Below are positions 50,901 to 62,035 of a DNA stretch of 64,000 bases, one piece after another. Origin of the DNA: Klebsormidium nitens. Lineage: Eukaryota; Plantae; Klebsormidiophyceae. The position numbers were made by a program, and so were the translations under genes. The notes below the pieces were generated by a model, which had not been told where the DNA came from, ran no database searches, and saw only the letters and a list, made by a program, of their open reading frames with translations. The first letter of the stretch is position 1, and each line of letters begins with the position of its first letter. Where the stretch lies: NCBI GenBank assembly GCA_000708835.1, contig DF236952.1, positions 248,001-312,000 of the forward strand, in the 5' to 3' direction.

Positions 50901-53900
50901 GTCTTCTCATGCATAGCGATGTGAGGGTAAGAACCCCGGCTTGAGCTCCCCATCCGCCTGACTGCAATGCGCCATCAGTTCCTTTTGCGACTTGGATTGC
51001 ATCGTTACTCGTGTTTTCGGGAATCGGTTTGAAACAATCTGCAGCACGCGCGTGTTCGAGCAGCGCCACAGTGGCAGCTTGCGAGCGTTGCGGATGCGAT
51101 GTAGGTGAGGCGTAGCAAAGTGGGTGAGGATCATGAATCGAGCTTAGCGTTGTGTTGAAAGCAAGACACGGACACGCAGCGAGGGTCTCTCCGCCAGGAA
51201 GGAAGAAACTTTGAAGTGACGAGCTTAAACCTAATTTTGCGAGCAACGGGCCCGCAAGTTTCGAAGACCCGGGAACCTGCCGTCCGGCTGCTTCTCACCG
51301 CAGGACCGCACATGATACGCATATCGCCCCACGATTTGCTTCATGCATTTGCGAGCGCCATTTATTTCGGACCCGCCAGATGAAATGCAGAAGAAACGGC
51401 GGGTAAAACGTGGCCAGAATCGAATGCAGGTTACTCTCTTTAGAGGGGTGGCCTACCCTTTTTGAGCCGAATCTCCTTGCCCTCCCGTCGGTCGCGCAAC
51501 AGCCTTTCGTGCTGGTCCGCCCAGAAGGCGGGGCTCCACTGGCGGTGCCGCGGGTCCATATCGTATGGTGCCCGGTAAATACCCCGTCTGCAATAAAACA
51601 AAAACAGAAACGGGTTTGAAAAGGTCCGCCCACAAGGCGAAGTTTCGGTGGAATTGCCGCGGCGCTGTGTGTCCATATTGTATGGAGCCTGAAAAATACC
51701 CCGTCTGCGTCAGGACGGAGGCAGAAACGGAGTTTGACAAGTCCGCCCACAAGGCGGGGATTTACTAGTGGTGCCGCGGGTCCATATCGTATGGAGCCCG
51801 GTAGATGCCCCGCCTGCGATAAAACGGAAACAGAAAGGGGGTTTGACAAGGTCCGCCCACAAGGCGAAGTTTCGGTGGAAATGCCGCGGCGCTGCGTGTC
51901 CATATTGAATGGAGCCTGAAAAATACCCCGCCTGCGATAGAACGAAGGCAGAAACGGGGTTTGAAAAGGTCCGCCCACAAGGGGAGGTTCGGTGGCGGCG
52001 CTGCGTGTCCATATCGTACGGAGCCCGGTAGATAACCTGCCTGCAATAAAACGGAGGCAGAGACGGTGTGTGAAAAGGTCTGCCCAGAAGGGGGGGCGCC
52101 AGTGGCGGTGCCGCGATACCATTTCGTATGGACCCCGGTAGATGCCTCATCTGTTATGAAAATGGGGCTAAAATGGGTGAAGTAAACGAAGGCTCGTAGC
52201 AATAGGGGGTCAGCAAGCTTAACCAGGCAAATGTCGAGGTCACAACCAGCCCCAGCGAAGAGAAATGTCCAAAAGCGCTGAAAAGCAGACGCAACCAAAA
52301 TCCGAGCTCGATTTGAGCCGCCAAGATCACTTGCGCGCTTGATGCAGGAAGCTATTCTTGGAACTTGTCAGCGGCAGGTGCCTTCGCCGGTCACTCGCAG
52401 ATCAAGGAAGGCTGAGAACGACAAACGCGGCTTCTCTGAGACACGCTTGCACATCCCATCTTGCAAAACCTCCAACAACCGGTGCATGGCAGAAACAAAC
52501 GGCTCCCGTTTCAAGATCAGCACGGATTGAACCTAATCTTATTAAAATCCTTCAGATGTTATTTTCTTTTGAAGATTGTTTTATCTTAAGGTCTTTTGGT
52601 TTAGAATTGGCATGATTTCAAACACGGATTGGACGGCGCCCCACCTGACATTTTCAATGTCCATCTTCGTCAGTTCCACAATACCGCCCAGCGAATCTTG
52701 GACCATCTTGTCGGCAGCCTCTTTGGATACGTCGGGGGGCATCGGGCCACCATTAGGAAGCGCGCTCATCTCCACGCCCAGGCTTCTCGAAATCAGTGCT
52801 GACTACACGCAAGAACACAGTCGTACGTTTGGCCTTTATGACGAACAATCCGCACTGATGTTGTTGTTCTGAAACTGGTTCTAGATTGCAGTAGGTATAC
52901 AATGTGGACCACTGTTTGCAGTTTGTACCTCTGCAGTGACCATGTAAAGGGCTGAAAAATCTCAAACTGAACTTCAAGGTCCTCAGCCCAACTCTTTGAA
53001 AGTCTATAAAGGGCTAGCCTACAATGTCTTGAAATGAGAAACCTCATATATCTACAGATGTTAGCGCAACAGCTTCTAATGGCAATCTCCTGCCTGATAA
53101 CAGTAACACAAACCAATGAAAGGAGCAAAGTTATAATCGATTAATGGCACTTGGACTGACGTCGTTCACCGATGGGACTGACAATGCAAAGATAATAAGG
53201 GACATCTGAACGATCGAGTAAAGTTGGCAGCAATCTTTCAAGTCACGCTGGCACACTATGCCTTTAGACCAACCTTTTGTAGATCTTGGGGCCACACGAC
53301 AACACAGCCAATGGAAAACCCAGTCAAATGCTTGAGGATCAAGCAGATGAGGATGTGCACATGCATTCCATCCGCCTGGCCATGCCAGCCTCCGTAATAT
53401 CAAGAAGCAATTGAACAGCCTGATAAGCTCTTGACCACAGTCCAGAAATTTCCGTTTTCAAGTGGCCCTTTACACTATCACCATTGATTTGCTTCCAGAA
53501 TCAAACCCCATATGTCTAGCCGAGACCCATGTTTCTAAACCCTGCCCACCTGTGCAAAGAAGAACGCCATGCGGGCCGCCGTGTATGCCGTCTGCGCCGC
53601 CCGCTGTGGCATCGCAGACAGTCCTCCGGCCCCTTCAAGATTAAGCATCTCCCAGAGACCTCCAAGCGATGTGGGCGGTTTCCAAGAATTAAACGTTGTT
53701 CTTGAGGGGATCCCCAGTGTTGAAGTTGGTTCCCTTGAGTCTGCCCAGGAGGGCACGTTCCCGCCCTGGAAGCTGCTCTTACGGGTGGTGGTGTGAACAG
53801 CCCCTGGGGCTGCGGTTTTCCTGGCGGTTTGAGTAGGCACCCCAGCGGGACTGAGCGTATTTTCATCAAGAAGACTGCTGCTAGCGCTGGTGGTGTGAAC

Positions 53901-54347
53901 AGCCACCGCAGACACACTTGTGCTGGCAGAAGGAACAGGTGCCCCTTTGAGCACGCGCCCGTTCTTGATTACGCCCCTCATTTTGCTGCTGGAAGAACGA
54001 CCACTGATCTGTCCCTCAAAGACTGCTGGGTTTGATTCGTCCGTCCGCCTGTTTGATTGGGGTCTGGTTGGCTCCGCTCTAAAAGCTGCTCCCTGGATTG
54101 CCGGCGCACTCCAATCTGACCGGCCATTCGCCATTTTCAATGCTGGTGTGCTCTGGACCCCAATGTGGTGACCCCACAATGATGATTGCAGCTTGCATGT
54201 AGGTTTGAGATTTGTTGACGAGTGTGCAAGAGGAGAGCAATGCAGAGATCTTCTCTGTAAGGAAGGACTGGTGGTGTCAGTGGCGAAGGCAGCGCCGCTG
54301 AGCAGGGGGCACTGACACCTGACCACTCTTGCTGCCAGCTGATCCAT
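44993..54347 (-). CDS. Class I SAM-dependent methyltransferase (Methyltransf_11/25-like, cyanobacterial/algal type), probable plastid transit peptide (10 exons, ~613 aa)
   Basis: Exons: 54347-53550, 52802-52645, 51587-51457, 50444-50299, 49227-49078, 48317-48260, 47931-47831, 47433-47317, 45810-45655, 45019-44993. Intron 9 is GC-AG (AAG|GCAAGG); the last exon is less certain. Motifs: [18 protein letters not shown], motif [58 protein letters not shown]. Confidence 0.87.
46190..46810 (-). repeat. Array of about six degenerate copies of the methyltransferase exon 9 acceptor and exon start
   Basis: GGTCGCCGTCCTG (reverse complement of CAG|GACGGCGACC) recurs with AG at 46208, 46339, 46471 and 46586, with decayed copies near 46685 and 46790. 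The true acceptor is at 45811. Confidence 0.88.
49255..49420 (-). repeat. Near-perfect duplicate of the methyltransferase exon 5 acceptor plus first 90 nt
   Basis: Acceptors at 49381 (copy) and 49228 (true), period 153. There are 6 differences in 90 nt. The copy runs into TGA at 49255. Confidence 0.93.
49940..51060 (-). repeat. Tandem partial copies on both sides of methyltransferase exon 4
   Basis: Donor-side units of ~165 bp (TGCTCGT...GCGCC.ACCTGGACCACCGTTG...TTGCACAAAACGCATA...TTACCCCCAAGTCCAAA) lie at 49940-50350. Acceptor-side copies of ACACGCG.GTGCGCAGCG lie near 50550, 50720, 50855 and 51050. Confidence 0.82.
51530..52160 (-). repeat. Six-unit ~110-118 bp array of the methyltransferase exon 3 acceptor and exon start
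   Basis: Acceptor AG at 51588 (true), 51705, 51814, 51932, 52041 and 52151; spacings 117/109/118/109/110. Confidence 0.92.
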
Positions 54348-56639
54348 GCTTGAGCTGATCTAAGTCAGAATGGTCGCACTAAAGGGTTCCTCTGACTCTG
54401 AGAGGCCCTTCACAGTTTGGTGCTGCTGATCTAGTTTGGCATTTGTAAGCAATGTCCACTAGTGTTTGGGGAGGTTCCAACTGCATGCAGCAGACTTCCG
54501 CTTCGTGAAAGAACAGGTGAATGCTCAGAGACGATCACGCTTGCCTCCGCTCTGCTCTTGAAAAGAAGCGACCGACCATACCGTAGATAGAGAGACGCCC
54601 CCTCCTTCCAATCGGGCCTCAAAGCACTGGCGCCGACGTTCGACCTGTCGCCGTCGGAGTGAAGGCAGAAGACAGAGGGTCCGGCGAGACTCGGAGTCGG
54701 AGCCGGAGCTAAGATATTTCGCGGTTGCAACTTGCAAGTGATGCCGCTGGATTCTGCCAGCCCCCGGGTGGCCAAAAGGTGCCACCGGGACCAACGTGTG
54801 CGCGTCCCCGGCGCAGCCCACATACTAAATGTGACTCGGTAACGTTGCCCCGAGCCGTCCGTTCGTCAATGACCAATCATGCAATCAACCGGTAGCCATC
54901 AATAATGACGTGGGCGTAGCGAGTGCGCTTGCGATGGCAATCGGACGGCTCAGATCGTCGCGATTCAAGTCGGCCTGACTGCCGATTTTGATTGATCAAA
55001 GAGCGAGTCCGTCCGTCATAATAATTCCGACGCCCACTCAGGGGGACCAAACACCCCAGGTAAGAAAGTTAGCAACATGAACCATGTGCCAGCAGCTAAA
55101 CGGCTAATTGCCCGGAACTGAAAATTGTTGGGATTGAACCTACGCAGGGTCACCTTTCAAAACCCAGAGTTTGGGGTCCGGGCAACGCGCCGTTTAGGAG
55201 GAATTGGGAGCAGGTTTTGGTGGGTTTACCAGCCAAAAAGTTATCAACCCACCTCCAACATTCGTCTTAACCCTCCCCTCAGACCAACCGAGGACCGCAT
55301 CTGGCTCGGGACATCCAATCTATGCAATATCGACCGTCCAGATTCGAAATCTTCTCATCTGACGGTGCGGATCATGGTTCGCTCTGTTTCAGTGGGGTTT
55401 GGTCCCCCTGCGCCCACTCTGAAATCCTTGATCGCCAACTCGCTAACTTCTTTTCGATCTCGCATTTCTCAACGATTACGCGCCTCTTGCAACTTGTATC
55501 GGCGTAATGGGTACACCCCACATTCATGCATTATGCAGGATGTGTGGACCAGACTTCTTATACGTTCGTATGAGGATACTGGGATACAAGGGCTGATCGG
55601 ATCTGAGATTTGCACGTCACAACTGTACATGGATCATGAACAGAGGGCTTTGCGTTCGGGGAGCTTCAGCTTCAGATTGGCCATCACAACAGAAATCCAA
55701 GGACTGGCAGATTTAGGTGCGTTCACTGATTCACTGCCGTCATTTCTTTCCTACACTACACCTTTGTCATTTGCAAATCAATAAGACTAGAGCTACTGGG
55801 TACTGTTGAAACAGCGATCCATGCAAGCTGGTTGTCGAACTTCTAATGACCATCGCTGACAGACTTCTTATTTCTGTTGCGTCCTGTACTACGACCGCGT
55901 CTATGTTCATTTGAGTGCGGAGTTCCACAATTTCGACGCTGGGCAAATACCGTGCGTAGAACGTTGCCGGAGCCGGCCATCAAACAATTTCGTAAGATCA
56001 GGTCGCTGTCAAAAGCAGGAGCATGGCAGTGGGCCTCGATTCTTCGATGCAAGTAAATGTGGTATATTCTCCAGTTGTTCGAACTTACATGTCAGACAAT
56101 TACATGGGTTCTTCCACAAGCACTGTTACATTGTTGGTCATTGTCTTTTTCACCCGTCTTTCAGTGACGAATGATCTATGCAACCGAGGACCATTCTAGA
56201 CGGGGCAATCATGTGTCAAGCAGGCCGTCAAAAGATGCCTCCAAACGTGGAACCGAAGCAAACGAACAACGATCACACTCACAATCTCTAGCTTTACCAA
56301 CACTCTCTTGATTTTAGATCGACACTGCGAGAAGAAATATGGGCATCTGGCGCCCGTACGGTTCTTCCCTGCCTATTGGACTTTACGATTCAAAACACTC
56401 GTAACAAACCTTATTCAGAGCGGATTTCAGGCCGCCTGAAATTGCTCCAATTTATCAGCCTACGTAATCAAATAATCGTTCACGAACCTTGCGCCGAAAC
56501 AGCCAACAGCAGCAATACTTCTGCGCTGTTAACTTCATTATGTTCAAGCTCTGTTTGCAAACTTCTTCCGACGAAATATAAGGTAGCGACTTGTATAGCT
56601 TATGCCCAGTTCGATGGGCCGATTGCTGCCACGTGTCAG

Positions 56640-59600
56640 CTAGTGCTGGTACAGGTAGTCCCAGTACTGAGTGGGTCCAAGAATTGCCATACGGTATGGG
56701 TGTCCGCCCAGGTTGAACGCGCGGAGAAGTTCGAAGTTGTCCGCGTGATGCTCGTTCACGACGCCCGCCTCAGGGTTGGAAATGTAGATCTGTACCAAAA
56801 TGAGACGATGTTTTCAGCGCTGCTCGTTGATTCAAAGGACGCTGTGCCATCAGGAGGGAGACCCTAGATACAGTCGACCAGAAGATTGTAGTTCCCGAAA
56901 GCTGAACGGATGGGGGACCATGGCTGAAGCTTGCTTAGACAGAGCGAGGAAAGGGGAACGCGGTTGAGTTAATTGCCCTCTAGAATATAACAATGGAGAC
57001 AAAAGAGAAGAAGCGTCGAACGAAGAGAAACACATGAAGGAAGCTTTCTCATGTTGGGCGAAGGAGACACACCAAACGGAGGATGCGCCGAGATGGGTCT
57101 TGCTAACGGATGAAAGAAAACGTGCCACTCGATATTTGAAGGGAGGAAACTGTTGAACGGGTCTTTACTGTCGGTTAGAAATGCCCCCCTAAATATACAG
57201 AAGATGAGAACGTTTTGGCCCTGTTGCTTACCCTTCCGAGACCAGCCTGGATGACGGGCAAAAGAAGAAGCTTTCTTATGCTGTTATGCCTGGCGAAAGA
57301 GAAACCCCACTGTGCAGGATGCGCCGAGATGGGTCTTGCTACTTGCTAGAAACGTCCCCCCTCACATACGAATGGGTGAGAACGTTCTGGCATGTTGCTT
57401 ACCCTTCCGAGACCAGCCTGAATGACGGGCAGAACAGCGGAGTGATCGTCGCCCTCGGCCTCCGGCGCGGGCGCGCCCAAAACCCCGGTCGCGCGGCGGA
57501 GGACGGCGCCCGTCTGGGGGTTGAGCAGGGTCAGAGTGCCGTCGTTGCCCGCGGAAAGAACGGCGAAGAACGCGCCGGCCGGATCGTAGGCTGCAGTGGA
57601 GAGAATGGAGAGAACCGAAGAGCTTCAGAGTCTGCTTGATTCAACTTTCTCAAACGAGATCAACCGGCCGGCACTTTGTAAAAACGGTCAAGGAAGCACA
57701 AGTAGGAACGGCATTGTGGGTCTGCCATTGAGCCTACGGTGTTCGATCTCGCAACGGACCTCGGCTTTGCCTCCGACTGGTTCAAGTGTGCAGGGTTACA
57801 AGTTCGTTAGACCACCAGCCATCTGACAATCTCGACTTCAGGCTAAGACACGTGGACCATTCGGAACGGAAGGGAGATTCGCGATTGCGTCTTGGCTCCA
57901 AACCAGAGTGTAGGTAACGGAGGCGAGTCCAAGTTGCCACAGTCAAATGGACAAAGCAGTTCCTTCCTGACGTTGATGCCCTTTCTCAAAGGACGAACCA
58001 TACACTTCAGATCCGGCGTAAGGGAACCCACCAGTCGAGATGATGTCACCATCGGCGGTCGCATTGATAACTAGAGTGGCGGTCAGCTTCACGGGGTCGA
58101 ACGCGTGGATGCCCACGGAGTCCTCGCCGGCGCTTGTCGAGCCGAAGAACGTCTTGTACATTGCGTGTCCGTACAGGCTGCCAGTGTACACGCCCGCAAC
58201 AGGGTACGGGATCTTGGTGTGGGTCAGGTTAGCGGGAGCTGCAGGAACACAGGAAGAGTTTGAGAAGGGTTAGTGCCTAACCATCTAGAAGGGACTGTGA
58301 TACTCTGGGTTTTGTGAGATTTGAGTCTTGGAAGCCACCCCGGTTTGTTATCTGAAGCGTTTCGGTGCAAATTGAGAGATTTCGAAAAGCAGGAATATTA
58401 CAGATCAGGACGGGCAGATAAATGGCGACTTGAAAAAGCACTACTTCTACATACAACGAAGCTTTCCGAAAGCTCGATAGCTGCCAACTTCGATCAGACG
58501 TCACCCGAACAATCAGTAGTACTGCAAGGGCCTTCTGGTCGCCAAAGGCGTGACTTTGTCCCGACGCCGTGTCTGAGCAGATCTTCCACCGTTAGTTCCT
58601 TCCTTCGTTAAGACCGCAGAAACTCACCTGTGTAGGTCACGACCAGAATGCCGTCCCGGCAGCCGAAGAGTGCGTGGTAACCGTTGGTCGCACTCCCGTG
58701 GAGACCGGGGCATGCCGTGCTGGCGCCGTCATACGCGAGGGAACCGTTCTCGAAGTGGACCTGCACATCCGGCGGAATCCAATGCGAGTCAGATGACAGA
58801 AAGTTGGAGAGATGCCTGTGGAACGGACCACGTGGTTGCAAGCACTCTCCTTCACACGAAGAGATTTGGGAGTGTTGCGGCCTTTTTGAAAGGCTACGAG
58901 AAAAGCCTCATGTAGGGCGTCTTCCTGTTTGCTTCCGGGTCGATCATGCAACAGCTTTTTCAACCGACCATTCTAAACATCCGGAGACCGCAGGACTCTT
59001 TTTCTCCGGTTTTAAAGCCTATCGCCACTCGTACAGTAAGCCTGTTGCTGCAGGATCATACCAACCGCAGAACGGTGGCTCTCTCTCCGGCAGCCGTCTT
59101 TAAAACCGCAGTGCTAAGGTTACAAGACAAAGCCTACTGTTCCGGGGTTCAGAGTTCATTTTTTTCAAGAGCTTCAATCAACTCGCCAGCACTCCGCTAG
59201 GCAGAGACGAACTCCCGGCGGCAACGGCGGTCTGGCTCGCGTGCGTAACGATATTGATCTCCAGCAGATTTCTTGAGGAAAGCAGTGCTAAGGTTACAAG
59301 AAAAGGTCTACTGTATCCAGGGTTTGAGGTTGCTTTTGAAGGGCTTCAGAAAACTTGCCAGCACTCCGCTGGGCAGAGACGATCTCCCGGCAGCAACGGC
59401 GGTCTGGTTCGCGTGCGTAACGACATAAAAGTTGCCCCTCAGGGGCACCGCCGCACCGTGGTGCGGATCCACCTTGAAGGATCTGGTCGTATAGGTCGCG
59501 TTCTCGAAGAGCACCTCGTTGAGCAGGGTCACTTCGCCGGCTGCAAGCACGGGGGGTGGAAACCGGTTAGCGCAAAACATTCATAAGAAGGCTCTTTTCA

Positions 59601-61538
59601 CCGAGTGCAAGCATGTGGGGGCAATCGGTTAGCTAAGTGCTCACTTTGCCGGTTGCCAGTACTGGGAATTCGAAAGCGGTTTGGCAGTGCGCGTGCTTTG
59701 ATGTTCGACAGCAGACTTGGGTGTACATTCATCGTGGAGCCCAGGATAAGCATGAAGCACTTTGACCTGCCGGCCAGTCACTGATTCCATCCAACATCTC
59801 CAGAGACTTGAATCTGGTTCAATACGCCTAAGTTTACGGGACGACTTAGGCGTATTGAGGTGGAGAGATAGATTGAAAGAAGAGGGCCCCTTGACCTAGA
59901 TAGACCGAGACACTTGCTTTGGGAGGGGCATCAAGAGCCGGAAACAGGAGTGCAATTCCGTGTTTTGGATCAAGATAGAGTTTGAAAAGGCCAACAGTTG
60001 ATAGATGAGCATTTCTGAAAAAGGGCAATGAGAATCAGAATTGACGGAACTTTCAAAAAGACACTAAAACCCGAAGTTGCTTACATTGGTCATGGAAGAT
60101 GGCGGCATTCCGCGCCCGCTGGACAAAGTGAGTCGGGGCTGCCCCGGGGATAGTGCGGGTCGTGAGCCCTGGAGCCGCATCTTGTTCCAAGTGCCAGTGG
60201 TCCTCATGGAACTCTGCCAGAAGCATTGGGGTGAGTTAGTCAAGAAGGCCCCAAAAGGCATTTCAGCGGCGATTCCCAACCAGCTTTGAGGGCTTTCGTG
60301 AGCTTTCATTCGTTTCCGTAACTCTCTTGTGGGCTTTCTATTTGTTTCCGTCAGACAGGATTACTGTGTTCGCCCCGAAAACTCCTGAGCTGAAGCACAG
60401 AACACTCTCTGAGAAGAGCGGCGGCCGAGAGACGTACACTACCCATCGCCTGTTTGGACCCAGTACGAAGGATCCAGAAAGGGATTCAGAGGTTCTCTCA
60501 AGAAAGAACGGTGTACTTGGCTGGTGACACAAAGTTTCGATTTGTGAAAGTGAAAGGAACTTGGGAGTACTCATTGGCAGCAGCTTGGGGCGAGATCCCT
60601 TGGCAGAACGGTATGGTGGCATCATTCAGTGCAAAGGGGACTGGACCGATGCTGACGTCAGGGGCAATCACCAATATACATCTGGCTGTCATATACGGTC
60701 GTCACGTTGGCCGTGCGCTGGAGGATGTAAGCATAACGGCCCATGGAGCTGGCATAGACCGACACAGAGGAGTTGGCCAGCTGGAGGGTCTCGTTAATGG
60801 CGCCGGTCCTCAGGTCAATGACCGTAACCTGTGACAAAGGCAATGTAGGGCAGGCTTAAGTTGGCTGCAAAGGTACTGACTAGCATTCCGAGCAGCAAGA
60901 ATGGAAAAGCTCAGTTGCTGAAAGTGGTTGCGCGAGCCGCAGCACGAAGCCCCAGAGCAGTAACAATCCTTCAAAGGGATTCGGTTCAAGAAACTTTGCT
61001 TCCCATTGCCAGGACTTCAGTGAAGCTCTTCTTTTCGACTGTCCATTTTCCACAGAGTGCCTAGCTACAGTGCCTTTTACTGAACTTTCACATTACAAAA
61101 GCAATCACAACTCTGCTCATAAACGGACATATATTATCTACCTCATCACCTTTCTCAACCCTCAATTGCAAGCAATGCCAGTGTGGCCTTCTCAGTCTCA
61201 GTCATTGCTGAAGAATCCTGAACGCCTTCCTTCACGGTCCATTGTTTGACCTTGCGTACCTTAGGAAGCACTTTCTGTGGGCTCATCACACTTTGTACAA
61301 CTCCAAATTCGGCCCAAACAAATCAGGGAGTCTTGCCAGCGGACGTCCAAATACTCACCTGGCCGTTGGTTACCCCGTCCGTCACCAGCAGGTAGCCCTG
61401 GACGGTCGAACGAACTGGCACAAAGGAGGTGATGGTACCATTGGGAGCTGCCTGAAGAAGGCCGCGCCCCGCAGCGTGGGCGGTTTGCAGACCGCACAGC
61501 GCCGAGAGGAGAACGAGCGCAAGGAGCAGCTTGGCCAT
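56640..61538 (-). CDS. Secreted His-rich protein resembling the bacterial periplasmic zinc metallochaperone AztD (beta-propeller) (8 exons, ~441 aa)
   Basis: Exons: 61538-61359, 60828-60672, 60213-60085, 59540-59359, 58760-58628, 58238-58032, 57590-57403, 56789-56640. Phases are consistent and intron 4 is GC-AG (CTG|GCAAGT). Signal peptide MAKLLLALVLLSALCGLQTAHA. Ordered motifs: GRYAYILQR, IEFHEDHWH, GAAPTHF, PHHGAAVP, LPSGV, CPGLHGSA, FGCRDG, NDGTLTLLN, YISNP, LGGHP, C-terminal His. The gene model is strong; the AztD assignment is motif recall only. Confidence 0.8.
57070..57430 (-). repeat. 171-bp tandem duplication spanning the AztD-like exon 7 donor
   Basis: GTTGCTTACCCTTCCGAGACCAGCCTG(G/A)ATGACGGGCA occurs at ~57223 and ~57394; GGATGCGCCGAGATGGGTCTTGCTA occurs at ~57080 and ~57317. 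Confidence 0.88.
59109..59421 (-). repeat. 172-bp tandem duplication spanning the AztD-like exon 4 GC donor
   Basis: GCAGTGCTAAGGTTACAAG occurs at 59109 and 59282. The ~65-nt exon tail is copied with ~4 mismatches. Donors are GCAAGT (59358, true) and GCGAGT (59186, copy). Confidence 0.9.
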
Positions 61539-62025
61539 GCTTGCAACGGGCGGAGACTACAACGAGCAAATTAGGGGGCTGCTGAGCTTCCTGAAAGTGG
61601 AATGGGCATCTGTTTGAAATGCTCCTGTTCTCAAGTACTTCTGCCAATTTCGAGGGGAAGGGTCACGGCTCACAACTGAGGAGCTGCAGGTCAGGTGCAG
61701 CACATTTACGGTATAGGTGTCGGCTGCAAGAGGCTTCTGGAAGTAATCGTACCTTTGAGCCTCGAATCTGGTGAGTTGCCTAGTACCAGCTGTTCACATA
61801 GAAAAGCGTACCTACCTACCTACCATAACGGTATGTTGAGTGAGCATCGACATGTACACCGGAAATATCTCTGCGCCAAATGATTACGCGTCAAGAGCCC
61901 TGAGCCAAGGTTGTTTTCAGGCACTGCACCCGAAACTAAAGACGTACATGGGTAGACGTTTTGTTGGCTTTTGTCAAATACCGGTACGTATACTGTCAGC
62001 AATTTCTTGTCCCACGGCAAGACGA

Positions 62026-62035
62026 CTTATATAAG
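62026..62035. promoter_or_regulatory. Candidate TATA element upstream of the AztD-like gene
   Basis: Palindromic CTTATATAAG ~490 nt upstream of the ATG; position only, no functional evidence. Confidence 0.3.

Noticed and set aside
51295-52298. ORFs of 146-275 aa with repeated peptides, and a CRISPR-like look to the array
   Set aside because: These are readings of the exon-derived tandem repeat. Units are degenerate with no unique spacers, there are no cas genes, and the context is eukaryotic.
55125-55784. 219-aa intergenic ORF
   Set aside because: Non-ATG start, no recognisable domain or splice structure; treated as spurious.
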